Part shown: one piece after another, positions 52,493-64,000 of the stretch
Position numbering within the stretch: the first letter of the stretch is position 1
Layout of the letters: each line of letters opens with the position of its first letter
NCBI GenBank assembly: GCA_951406725.2
Contig: OX597836.1
Span: forward strand, 19,840,001-19,904,000
Length of the DNA stretch: 64,000 bases
Direction of reading: 5' to 3'
Source of the DNA: Octopus vulgaris
Lineage: Eukaryota
Position numbers and translations under genes: made by a program
The notes under the pieces: generated by a model
Databases searched by the model: none
What the model saw: only the letters and a program-made list of their open reading frames with translations
What the model was told of the DNA's origin: nothing

Positions 52493-53073
52493 CCTTTCTA
52501 ATATAGGCACAAGGCCTGAAATTTGTAGGGAGGGGACTAGTTGATTACATCGACCCTCAGTGTTTCACTGGTACTTAATTTATCGACTTCGAAAGGATGA
52601 AAGGCAAAGTCGACCTCGGCGGAATTTAAACTCAGAACGTAGCAACAGACGAAATACCTATTTCTTTATTACCCACAAGGGGCTAAACATAGAGGGGACA
52701 AACAAGGACAGACATAGGTATTAAGTCGATTACATCGACCCCAGTGCGCAACTGGTACTTAATTTATCGACCTCGAAAGGATGAAAGGCAAAGTCGACCT
52801 TGGCGGAATTTGAACTCAGAACGTAGCAGCAGACGAAATACCTATTTCTTTATTACCCACAAGGGGCTAAACATAGAGGGGACAAACAAGGACAGACATA
52901 GGTATTAAGTCGATTACATCGACCCCAGTGCGTAACTGGTACTTATTTAATCGACCCCGCAAGGATGAAAGGCAAAGTCGACCTCGGCGGAATTTGAACT
53001 CAGAACGTAGCAGCAGACGAAATACCACTAAGCATTTTGCCCTGTGTGGTAACGATTCTGCCAACTCGCCGCC
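52493..53073 (-). mobile_element. SINE A trimer (one head, three bodies, mixed tails)
   Basis: 184-bp period (52659, 52843); degenerate flanking repeat tatgaaaccattaataat/tacgaaacccttaataat. Confidence 0.8.
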
Positions 53074-53515
53074 TTTATACGAAACCCTTAATAATAATGA
53101 TCGTTCTTAATTATTAAAGTACGCTGCAAGGGTGGCAGTAGATTGATAAGAATCGTTGAAGCGTCTCAACGCTCTGAGTTCAAATCCCGCCGAAGTCAAC
53201 ATTGAATTTTATTCTCTCAGGCGTGGATTGAGAGTCGATTAATTGAAATACCAATCAGATACTGAGATGGATCTAATCGACGAAGCCCACTCCACTTTCC
53301 CCTCAAATTACTCAGCTTGTAACTAAATCAGAAACCATGGGTACAAGAAGGCGGTCAGCTGGCAGAATCATTAGAGCATCGAAAAAAAAAAAGGCTTCAC
53401 GATATTTCTTCCGCTTCTGAGTTCAAATCCTGCTAAGGTCAGTTTTGTCTTCCATCCAAAAAAAATGAAGTACAGATAAAATGAAATACTAGAATCAATG
53501 ATATCGCTTTATACC

Positions 53516-54484
53516 TATTTCTTTATTACCCACAAGGGGCTAAACATAGAAGGGGACAAACAAGGACAGACATAGGTATTAAGTTGATTACATCGACCCC
53601 AGTGCGTAATTGGTGCTTAATTTATCGACCCCGAAAGGATGAAAGGCAAAGTCGACCTCGGCGGAATTTGAACTCAGAACGTAGCATCAGACGAAATACC
53701 TATTTCTTTATTACCCACAAGGGGCTAAACATAGAAGGGGACAAACAAGGACAGACATAGGTATTAAGTCGATTACATCGACCCCAGTGCGTAATTGGTG
53801 CTTAATTTATCGACCCCGAAAGGATAAAAGGCAAAGTCGACCTCGGCGGAATTTAAACTCAGAACGTAGCAACAGACGAAATACCTATTTCTTTATTACC
53901 CACAAGGGGCTAAACATAGAGGGGACAAACAAGGACAGACATAGGTATTAAGTCGATTACATCGACCCCAGTGCGCAACTGGTACTTAATTTATCGACTT
54001 CGAAAGGATGAAAGGCAAAGTCGACCTCGGCGGAATTTGAACTCAGAACGTAGCAGCAGACGAAATACCTATTTCTTTATTACCCACAAGGGGCTAAACA
54101 TAGAGGGGACAAACAAGGACAGACATAGGTATTAAGTCGATTACATCGACCCCAGTGCGCAAATGGTACTTAATTTATCGACCCCGCAAGGATGAAAGGC
54201 AAAGTCGACCTCGGCGGAATTTGAACTCAGAACGTAGCAGCAGACGAAATACCTATTTCTTTATTACCCACAAGGGGCTGAACATAGAGGGGACAAACAA
54301 GGACAGACATAGGTATTAAGTCGATTACATCGACCCCAGTGCGCAACTGGTACTTAATTTATCGACCTCGAAAGGATGAAAGGCAAAGTCGACCTCGGCG
54401 GAATTTGAACTCACAACGTAACGGCAGACGAAATACCGCAAAACATTTCGCCCGGCGTGCTAACGCTTCTGCCAGCTCGCCGCC
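53516..54484 (-). mobile_element. SINE A pentamer with a single 15-bp TSD
   Basis: Units start at 53516, 53701, 53886, 54070 and 54254; atatcgctttatacc at 53501-53515 and 54487-54501. Confidence 0.92.
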
Positions 54485-54759
54485 TTATATCGCTTTATAC
54501 CATCCTTTCAAAATCGCTAAGAAGCTAATTTACTGACACGTACGAGCTTTCATACGTTTCCAAATTCCGCCCCGCCCCTACTTAACACTACGATTTAAAT
54601 ATTAGAGATTAACAACAAAGAAAGTACTATTGTTGGTGTGGTTCTGTATTTTCTGTAGCTGCAGGTGTGGAATTTCAGTTTACCGTTTTATATTGATTGC
54701 ATTATGACGACCACTCCGCATCAATTGGAACCCACAGATTCAGGTATCTTTTTTTTTTT

Positions 54760-55147
54760 TATCTTTTACTTGTTTCAGTCATTTGACTGCGGCCATGCTG
54801 GAGCACCGCCTTTAGTCGAGCAAATCGACCCCGAGACTTATTCTTTGTAAGCCCAGTACTTATTCTATGGGTCTCTTTTGCCGAACCGCTAAGTAACGGG
54901 GACGTAAACACACCAGCATCGGTTGTCAAGCAATGCTAGGGGGACAAACACACAGACACACACACATACACACACATACATATATACGACAGGCTTCTTT
55001 CAGTTTCCGTCTACCAAATCCACTCACAAGGCATTGGTCGGCCCGGGGCTATAGCAGAAGACACTTGCCCAAGATGCCACGCAGTGGGACTGAACCCGGA
55101 GCCATGTGGTTGGTTAGCAAGCTACTTACCACACAGCCACTCCTGCG
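54760..55147 (-). mobile_element. SINE family B
   Basis: Full-length copy. Confidence 0.85.
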
Positions 55148-55609
55148 TATATTTGGATTAATGTTCTTTTAATTGTTGTAATTCATTGAACTGCGGCCAT
55201 GCTTGGGGCATCGTCTTGAAAAACTTTAGTTAGTAAAATACATTTTTTTAAATACTGGTACATAAATCTGTTCGTCTCTTTTTGCTGAACCGCTATATTT
55301 AGTTTAGTTTGTTCCTTCTCGAGCCATGCCTGGCTCATAAGGGCCGGTTTCCCGGTTTCCTTGGCACATAGGTTCCCCACCTGAACGGGACGCCGGTCCG
55401 TCGCAGGTGTGTAAAAAAAATTATTTATTTTGTGATTTATTTATTTTGCTAGGTAGTCGTAGGATCGACTAGTTACGGCTAGCTAGCGCGGATGTGCGAG
55501 TGCGCGCACTGGGACCACTCTTCTTAAGTAGTACCTATATATATGTGTGTGTATAAAGAGGTTGCCACTTAAGTCACCGACTTTGGGACACATTGTACTG
55601 AGTGATATG

Positions 55610-55759
55610 CAGGGCCGGCTCAAAATACCACAACTCAGGCATTCGCCCGGGGCGCCATGTACTTAGTAGTGGGCGCAAGGAGGGCGTGACAAAGACAAGG
55701 TAATTTACACGACGAAGTTCAGCTTGCCCGGGGCACCAGCAACCCTAGGGCCGGCTCTG
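55610..55759. mobile_element. GC-rich hAT-type MITE
   Basis: cagggccggc...gccggctctg termini; decayed 8-bp TSD gtgatatg/gtgacata. Confidence 0.6.
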
Positions 55760-56239
55760 GTGACATACTACTAGTAGCAGTAAGGAGAGTGGGTTTCGTT
55801 GGACATTATACAGAACAAAGACAACACTTGTCAAAGGGCGTTTAGACTCAGTAAGATTAATGGCCAACCAACAGCTGCGAATGACAAACCCCTAGTCTTT
55901 TGATAAATGAAGAAATTTCATAGATCTGGATCAGTGTTTTCCAACTTAGAGTCGGAAGAAATACAGCAAGGAATTTTCCTAAGCTTTAACGATTTTTTCA
56001 GCTTTCTCTCCCCCACGATTCTTCCAACCCACCACTTGTACTATTTTTCCGACCCACCGCTCTCATGATTCTGCTAACCCGTCGCGACTCTCCCAACCCA
56101 CTGCCCATTGCGATTACGATTATGCCAGTCCGCCGCCCTCTGGCCAATTCCACTCTAGACAATGTGAATTAGTTAAAACCAGCGATAAAACTGTTTCTTC
56201 GCCTTCCTACTGTCATCCACTGTATTTATTAAAAAAATT

Positions 56240-56663
56240 GGATCTTTTCGGTTTGAACGGTAGTTTTTTTCTAGCGGTGTCATATGAAATTGTCACCCAT
56301 AATTATGACCCCTAGTATCGATCTATTGTATTGCAATCTATTTTAGGGCTAGGGTTAGTTAGGGATGGGGGAAGGGTATATTTTTTTCTTCAGAAATGTA
56401 AATAAACCCAATCTGTTTCTTAAACGAGGGACATTTTCATACGGCACAGAATGTTTTCACCTCAATAGACGGTCATTGATTGGTTGAAATTGCAGAAATT
56501 GAAGAAAAAACAACAACAAATATCTTACAAACTATAGAATTTTCTCAATAAAGCCAAGAGAAAAAGACGTTTTATAAACACATTCTACCAGTATACGAAG
56601 TTTAAAAGTGTTTAGTTACGTGGGAATTATTTTTAAAAACTGCCGTTCAAACCGAAAAGATCC
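56240..56663. mobile_element. GGATC-terminal MITE (Merlin-like)
   Basis: ggatcttttcggtttgaacgg / ccgttcaaaccgaaaagatcc; TSD aaaaaatt/caaaaatt. Confidence 0.85.
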
Positions 56664-57499
56664 CAAAAATTGTTTTCATTAGCATTTATTTTCAAACTTT
56701 ATTAAAAGTACAATCTTTAGGAAAACTGCACACACACACATACACACACGGAAAAAAAAAATGCTTGGAATAATTATCTCGGCATTTTTGTACTGAAGAT
56801 TTCAACAAGTGGAAAAAGAAAAAGGAGTGGGTGAGGGGAGATTGCTCGCAGAGACACCGTTTGTTCCTGAACTGAAGGTACAGGAGGTTGCACTCTTTAA
56901 TTGAGGAACGTAATGTTTATTATTATTATAATAATTAATATTATTGTCGTTTATGAAAATAAACAGTAAAAATAAAAAGCCATAGGTGGCGGGTGAGGCG
57001 GTTCTATATGGAATGGTTACATTTCAGCGTTGAAAGATGATTCTATTTTCAAAACTAATGTTATGACAGTCACTTCCAAATCTTTGGTGCTCTTAAAAAC
57101 GTATGCAACCTCATGAATATTTCAGATTACACTTGTGTAACACAGTTTTTGTCCTTGGGGAGCAACTGTTATTTATTTGCTTACCTCTAGAAAGTATGAG
57201 AAATAGTTAATATTTCCTTCAAACTTTTGCTTTTGTTGCATTTTTTCAAACCCCACAAAACCCCCTCTCAACACATGGCTATGATACTCCCCGACTACTC
57301 TTCATAATCAGAGATGTACATATCGTCAGTCACTAAGGGACATGCTCGAGTAGTTATGGTCAAGCAACTGACGAGCAAATTTTGTTAATTGCTATTGTTT
57401 TTGCCTACAAGGTTCTTTGTATCCTCCTGTCTTTTGTCTTGCGTCGTCCTAAATGTTTCTCGTGGCCGTGTGAACAACAAAGAATTGTTAATACGGTAG

Positions 57500-57955
57500 T
57501 GCATCGTTCACTCGGTCGTTCTTTTGTTCGTTCGCTCGTTCTTCCATTCGTTCGTTCAACCACACGTTCGTTCGTTCGTTCGTTCAACCACACGTTCGTT
57601 CGTTCGTTCGTTCAACCACACGTTCGTTCGTTCGTTCAACCACACGTTCGTTCGTTCGTTCGACCACAAGTTCGTTCGTTCGTTCGACCACACGTTCGTT
57701 CGTTCGTTCGACCACACGTTCGTTCGTTCGTTCGACCACACGTTCGTTCGTTCGTTCGACCACACGTTCGTTCGTTCGTTCGACCACACGTTCGTTCGTT
57801 CGTTCGTTCGTTCGACCACACGTTCGTTCGTTCGACCACACGTTCGTTCGTTCGTTCCTTCACCCGTTCATTCGTTCGTTGGTTCGTTCACGCGTTCGTT
57901 CACACGTTTGTTCGTTCGTTCGTTCACTCGTTTGTTCGTTAGTTCGTTCGTTCGT
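57500..57955. repeat. (TTCG)n microsatellite with a 23-bp higher-order unit
   Basis: accacacgttcgttcgttcgttc(g/a) repeated about 12 times. Confidence 0.95.
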
Positions 57956-58312
57956 TTTCTTTCACTTGTTCTTTCTCGCGTCCTTATGAATAAGCCCACA
58001 CTTCATCAAATTACGATAAATTTTTTAATAAAACATATGTGACCGCATTTAATGAAACCTACTGGGTATAAGTGCAGTGTACATTGTTATTATACATCTT
58101 ATTTGTTTTAGATAAACATGGTGGTTAGTATAAATTCTCGTTAAAGGTGAAGGCTGGCCACGTAGATTCCAACTTCCTTGCTCCCTCATCGCATCTGCCT
58201 TCTCGATTGGCCTAAATATTGATACTGATTAAATAACGGTAGTTTGTAGATATTATTTTCATTCAATCTCTGACACCTTCGCAATTCTTCTTGGGCAAAC
58301 GAGGGAGTCTCT

Positions 58313-58920
58313 TGGTCGGTTTCACTCCCTCTCTCAGTCGGTTTCACTCCCTCTCTCAGTCGGTTTCACTCCCTCTCTCAGTCGGTTTCACTCCCTCTCT
58401 CAGTCGGTTTCACTCTGTCTCTCTCTGTCTCTCTCTCTCTGTCGGTCTCTCTCTCTCTGTCGGTCTCTCTCTCTCTCTGTCGGTCTCTCTCTCTCTCTCT
58501 GTCGGTCTCTCTCTCTCTCTGTCGGTCTCTCTCTCTCTCTGTCGGTCTCTCTCTCTGTCGGTCTCTCTCTCTCTCTCTCTGTCGGTCTCTCTCTCTCTAT
58601 CGGTCTCTCTCACCCTCTCTCGCTGTCGGGCTCACTCTCTCTCTCTCTCTCTCTGTCAGTCTCACTCTCTCTTTCTCTCTCTGTCAGTCTCACTCTCTGT
58701 CTCACTCTCTGTCTCACTCTCTGTCTCACTCTCTCTCTGCCGGTATCACTGTCTCTCCGTCGGTCTCTTTCTATCTATCTCTTTCTCTCTCTCTTTCTCT
58801 CTCTCCCCCTCTCGGTCTTCTCCCCCTTCCTCTCTCTCCCCCTCTCGGTCTTCTCCCCCTTCCTCTCTCTCCCCCTCTCGGTCTTCTCCCCCTTCCTCCC
58901 TCCCTGTCTCTCTCTTTCTC
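58313..58920. repeat. Pyrimidine-rich compound satellite (22-bp x4, (CT)n-gtcggt units, about 33-bp x3)
   Basis: gtcggtttcactccctctctca repeats grading into ctctctgtcggt and tccccctctcggtcttctcccc units. Confidence 0.9.
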
Positions 58921-59118
58921 ACTTCCTACCTGGCATGGTAGAAGAAAGCACACCATGGCAACAAGAATATATATTGAATTGTAAATATTAGCCCAAACAT
59001 TGAATTTCTGACGAAGGTTTTCTGCCCTTGCCATATGTCGTTTCATCTGAATATTCTTTTGCTTGTATTGCGTAAATACTCCTTGTATTAATGCAGCAGT
59101 AAGTTATGTTCATATACA

Positions 59119-59291
59119 TAGGCGCAGGAGTGGCTGTGTGGTAAGTAGCTTGCTAACCAACCACATGGTTCCGGGTTCGGTCCCACTGCGTGGCACCTTG
59201 GGCAAGTGCCTTCTGCTATAGCCCCGGGCCGACCAATGCCTTGTGAGTGGATTTGGTAGACGGAAACTGAAAGAAGCCTGTCGTATATATG

Positions 59292-59322
<31 letters not shown>

Positions 59323-59525
59323 TTGTGTGTCTGTGTTTGTCTCCCTAGCATTGCTTGACAACCAATGCTGGTGTGTTTACGTCCCCATCACTTAGCGGTT
59401 CGGCAAAAGAGACCGATAGAATAAGTATTGGGCTTACAAAGAATAAGTCCCGGGGTCGATTTGATCGACTAAAGGCGGTGCTCCAGCATGGCCGCAGTCA
59501 AATGACTGAAACAAGTAAAAGAGTA
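59119..59525 (+). mobile_element. SINE family B
   Basis: Full-length copy. Confidence 0.85.
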
Positions 59526-59735
59526 ATACATAAAGCAACTCTTGCCACATTACCAATGCTTTTCTCTACTACTTTTTCCCTGCTACTTTTTCTATTAGTT
59601 CACACTTTCAGTGATTAAAAGACTTTCAACTTCCCTTCTTTATGAAAATTCCATCATAAATCCTACAGCTTCAAAATCTTGGCTGCCTTTTTTAACCAGT
59701 TATTTACCTTTTTTTTTTTTTCTTTGGTTTCTCAG

Positions 59736-61681
59736 AAAACCAGTTGACAGAAGGGTCAGAAGTTTTGACTTACCAAGACAAAATCAGCATTGAACGAAGA
59801 GATAGTTTATTGTACCAATTCTACAAACAGAACATCTTCTGTGATGTGACTCTGGTGGTTGGTAAAACTCACATTCGAACACACAGTGTTATTTTGGTTT
59901 CTACATCCGAATATTTCCGAGGCATGTTTACTTCCAGTTGCCAAGAAAGTAACAGGAAAATTATCGATTACACAGACATGTTTGCAGATGCAGATGTCTT
60001 GAAGTCCATCATTGAATATATGTATACTGGAGAAATTTCTTTGAAGATAGATTCCATTGTCGAGGTGCTTCATGCCTCAGAATATTTTTTGTTAACAATG
60101 CTAAAATGGATTTGTTCGAAATTCCTGGCTTTAAATTTGAAGCCTTTAAATTCTTTGATGACTTGGAAGCTTAGTCACTTGTACAACCTAGAACAATTGA
60201 AGGTAATCGTTGGTGCACTTTTAGAAGAAGTATTTTGTAAGGAAGTTGTTGAAAATACTGATATGAGGCATTTTCCTGATTTTTGTATCCAAGAACTGAT
60301 CAATCACCAATCAATATTTCGTTGGTCGAAACCTGAAGATATCATTTTCTTGATTACAAAGTGGTTAGGCTTAGATGATAACAGACGGAGCAGTGCAAAG
60401 AAATTATTGTTGAGCTATTTAGAAAAACAAGGGTTCAACTCCATCTTATACCAAGTCAATAGAATAACACGGCTGAAACCATTTTCACAAAATAAATTTT
60501 TTCAACAACAGCAAGATGTGTGGACTATTCTGATTAGTGAAAAATTGCTGCCAGAAGCAATAAGTTTTTTCTGTGAAAAATCCCAAAACTGGATTGTGAA
60601 AACTCATCCGAATCTCTCCGGCGTGCCGCTGGGAATAGTTGATGGAAATTATTTAGTATTGCATATTTCAGAACAGCTTGGTATTGAACTTGTGAATCTT
60701 ACAACACAGCGTAAGTATATTATTAGATCCACCGTGTTCTCTGATCTGCTTTCCGAATCAAGAACTCATTCTGAGACGTGTAAAATTGTATTTTATTGCT
60801 ATTCTGGTAAAATATACGCAAATTTTATGAAGGTCTGTGAAAATCCAGTTAGATCATTGTGCCTTCACATATTTAATTATAATATTATCAGTGATAATTG
60901 GAGCCAAATTGGCTCCCTCAGAGAAAATCTGAATACTTATTGTCATTTTGACAACTGTTCATTCTATTTTAGGGAATGGCATTTAATCATTCCTTTTGGC
61001 GAACATTTATTCTTTGGAATTGGACTCCAGACAAGCCGAACACAGCACATTTCTGAAAGCACTCCAGTAGAAGTTGACTGTGACAAAGAGCAGATAATTT
61101 TAATAAAATGTAACTTAAATAAAGTTAGTTGTCACGTTTGGTGTACCAGAGTATTGAAGAATTTTGAATATTCTGGATTCTCGTCAGCTTTTATTTTGAA
61201 AAACAGAATAATTTTCATAGAACCAGCTTCAGAACAGAAGCTGTTTAATCCCAGTGACTTCTCTCGAACTATGGTAACCATAGAATGTTATTCTGTTGAA
61301 TTAGAGTCAAAGAACTGGATTCGAGAACGATTTAACATTCCTATTCCTGAAACGTCCTTCTTACCTCTTGATCTGTTTAAATTTACTCATGTGAAATTTC
61401 CTTCGTTTATTTCTAAAATTGTCGATCAAAAAATTGTTTTGGCAGTTCACAAAGCCCCTTACATATTTCAAATCTATGTGTTTGATCTCTTAAGTTATAA
61501 TTGGACTACTTTACCGCCATGCAATCTTCCTGCAGTATCACAAATGAAATTGTCGTACGCAAGATCTTATAAACCAATCTGCCAGTTAGTGAAAGATACT
61601 TCAGAAAAGAACTTGTTATTGACAAACAGTATACCTTTTCACTCCATCCCTCTTGGAGTAAAGCAAGTTTCTGAATTGTAA
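59736..61681 (+). CDS. BTB-BACK protein with divergent kelch-like C-terminus, large terminal coding exon (start in an unseen upstream exon)
   Basis: polyT...ctcag acceptor at 59734-59735; IFCDVTLVVG...THSVILVSTSEYFRGMF, EYMYTGEI; open for about 645 codons; no ATG before the BTB. Confidence 0.9.
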
Positions 61682-61899
61682 CATCTCAAACAATTACATC
61701 AAAGGAAGGTCATTTTAGCCATTCAAGAGCAAAGGCAAAATGTTGAATTCACTTTTCGTTATTTCTGAGTACTAGAACCTTTGGTGAAGACACTGGTGTT
61801 AAACTGGCTGAGAAATTACTTAAAGATTTTTTGCATTCTTTTAATGGAGTTGGACTTGCTTGTTTCTCAGAAGTGGATTTTTGAGCTGAGACTTTTCTT

Positions 61900-63300
61900 G
61901 GAGAAGGAATTTTAGAAAATGGTACATCTTTCTTTACTTAATTTTTTTCATCATTTAGCAAACTTATTTCTTCAGCTTCTCGATGCAAATCTATCAAATC
62001 TTCGGCTGTCTGTAATTTCTCCTGAGTTTTTGATTCAAGCAAATGAACAGGCACAACAATTTGTTCTAGATCCCAGAGTTGGCAAAACTGAGTACGCCTG
62101 GGTCTTTGTCAGATCTAAGTATTTTGCTTAACATTACAGAGATCAGATAAGCGGGCATCATCTTCGGGTAAATTTAGTGTTTGTTTCATGCATGGAATGA
62201 ATCTACAGAGTTTTAAGCGAATATTTGGAACTGGATCACATAGACTAAGGGCATTATCAAAGAGCTTCTCTTTGAAAAATGACTTCGAATATATATCTAA
62301 ACTGATGCTGCAAACATCAAGAAAAAGACTTCGAAAATAGCAGTTACCCACGGACAATTCTTCTGTTAACTTGTTAATAAGTTGTTCTCTATATTCAGCC
62401 TTTTTTAGAGTACGCAGGAGTGTCAAAAATGTGCGTGCCACTGCTAATTTTACAAGTAATGCCCTAGCTTTTTTCAGTTTAGTGTAGATCACCGGCATAA
62501 TTTTTACATAAATAGTTTCTGAATTAAACCACTTTGGAAGACTAGACAGACTGAGTACAAACACTTCTTGTAGTTGCCAAGAATAAGAGGAGACTATTAC
62601 AGATGCTGCTGCCATGATGGCTGGAATGATTTCTGCTACTTGATTTTCTGAATGTTTATGTTTGCCTAGAACTTCAAAAATTTCTGCAAGATGAGATGTA
62701 ACTCCACTAAGTACCTCTAGATTATTGTCTCTTAGAAGATCTGCAAGGTTTTTCAGTAGAATCCCAGACTGAGAATTTCAAAGTTTGACCCCCTCATGAA
62801 AACCATGTGCTATAATTTTTCGGACTGCAGGTAAAGAATCCTTACACATCATTGAAAACGTTTCTAATAGTTCCGATTCAAAATTTTTGGCCCCCAACAA
62901 AGAAATAGCTGGAAAGTTGTAGGCAGCATTTATCCTGCCGTTATGAAATGGATGTTCAATAGCCAATTGATCTTTAAACCCGTATTCAGAAGAATTACTA
63001 TTTTTATCTGAATAACCAACTTCTCACAGTTTTTTTGTAACAATCCCAAAACCAATCTTTTTGTTTTTCATTTAAATTTGCGGAAAGATCATGACACAGA
63101 TGACCAATATGCTTTGCAATTATGGGTAATGCATGATCCAGTACTCAGTATCAGGAAGTTTTGTTGCTCTTCTGCATCCTGGTCCTCAAACAATTTCACT
63201 GGAACTCCTTTTGTGTTAGTCACCAGATCAGAGAATGTGACACAAAGTTTTCACATTTACAATAGAATTAAGTTCTTGTGTTCTTAAATAACTAAAGTGA
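61900..63300 (-). pseudogene. PPP4R4: Processed pseudogene of protein phosphatase 4 regulatory subunit 4 (HEAT repeats); may extend to the window end
   Basis: HIGHLCHDL, AAYNFPA, DNNLEVL, SKSFFKE, DPVPNIRLKLC, TLNLPED resemble PPP4R4; intronless; in-frame TGA at 62778-62780 and frameshifts near 62130. Confidence 0.75.
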
Positions 63301-64000
63301 TTCTTCCTTGCTGTAACTACATTGGTTTAAATAAACATTCTCAGATTGAGTTACATGTTTTATTAACTCTTTGAATACAGAGTTTCTGACTGCCATTAAA
63401 TCAAAATGTCTTGTATACGTTCTGGTTCAAATTCCATCGAAGTTAACTGGGTTCATGAGATTAAAATCCAAATTTTTTTTATCAAGTCAGCTACTCTTTT
63501 TAGACGCAGAATATTGGTCCCAGCATATGCTGATTATGTTCAAAGGATTAATATATCAGTTTCTGTGGCTAAAACTGAATTATAGTTCCATAGAACTCTT
63601 TTACAAATATTTCTGGTGGTATTCAACTTGAAAATGTATGTTATAAATTAAAATACTTCAATAAATAAATTTCAAACTATTTTCTTTATTTGCTAATGCA
63701 AACCATCACGATCTAGAATTACAGGTGCATGGCGTGACCTAGAAGTTAGGGTATTGGTCTCATCTACTCAGCTCTACAGGTACAGTTAAGTATACAACGA
63801 TGACTTGCAGGTGGAGGTTATCTCTGTGACTGACTGGCATCCTTTTCAGGTGGAAACTTCTTTTAGTGTAAAGTCCTGAAAATCTGAATGAACCTTGTAG
63901 GTTCAAAACAGTTTTTAAACAATTACAATTAATTATTTGATTCATTAAAAAGTTGCGAGCTGGAAGAATCACTGGTGCATTGGACAAATTCCATTGCAGT

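Noticed and set aside
59744-59746. TTG start given by the ORF track for the second BTB gene
   Set aside because: Eukaryotic gene with a splice acceptor at 59735; the true start lies upstream

Overview
AT-rich, repeat-dense eukaryotic genomic DNA. The SINE families and (TA)n/(CA)n content suggest a cephalopod (Octopus-like) genome; this is an inference. Genes: (1) a six-exon (as visible) penta-EF-hand (PDCD6/ALG-2/peflin-like) gene on + (18058-36656); (2) two divergently oriented, mutually related BTB-BACK proteins with non-canonical kelch-like C-termini, each with its visible CDS in one large exon (43375-45366 -, 59736-61681 +); (3) an intronless, disrupted PPP4R4-like copy on - at the window end. 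The rest is mobile DNA: three tRNA-derived SINE families, RTE and R4/Dong LINE fragments, Helitron-type elements, a Tc1-type and a hAT-type MITE, a hAT transposase relic and a 154-bp solo LTR. Most notable: (a) several minimal type I hammerhead ribozyme motifs with palindromic stem III (one a U3-A8 core variant mirrored in a 450-bp spacerless palindrome), mostly in short modules embedded in (TA)n tracts and probably Penelope-derived; (b) a decayed Merlin/IS1595-like transposase together with GG...CC-terminated MITEs with 8-9 bp TSDs; (c) SINE concatemers bracketed by a single TSD. Most listed ORFs are microsatellite artefacts. All alignments and folds were done by eye.
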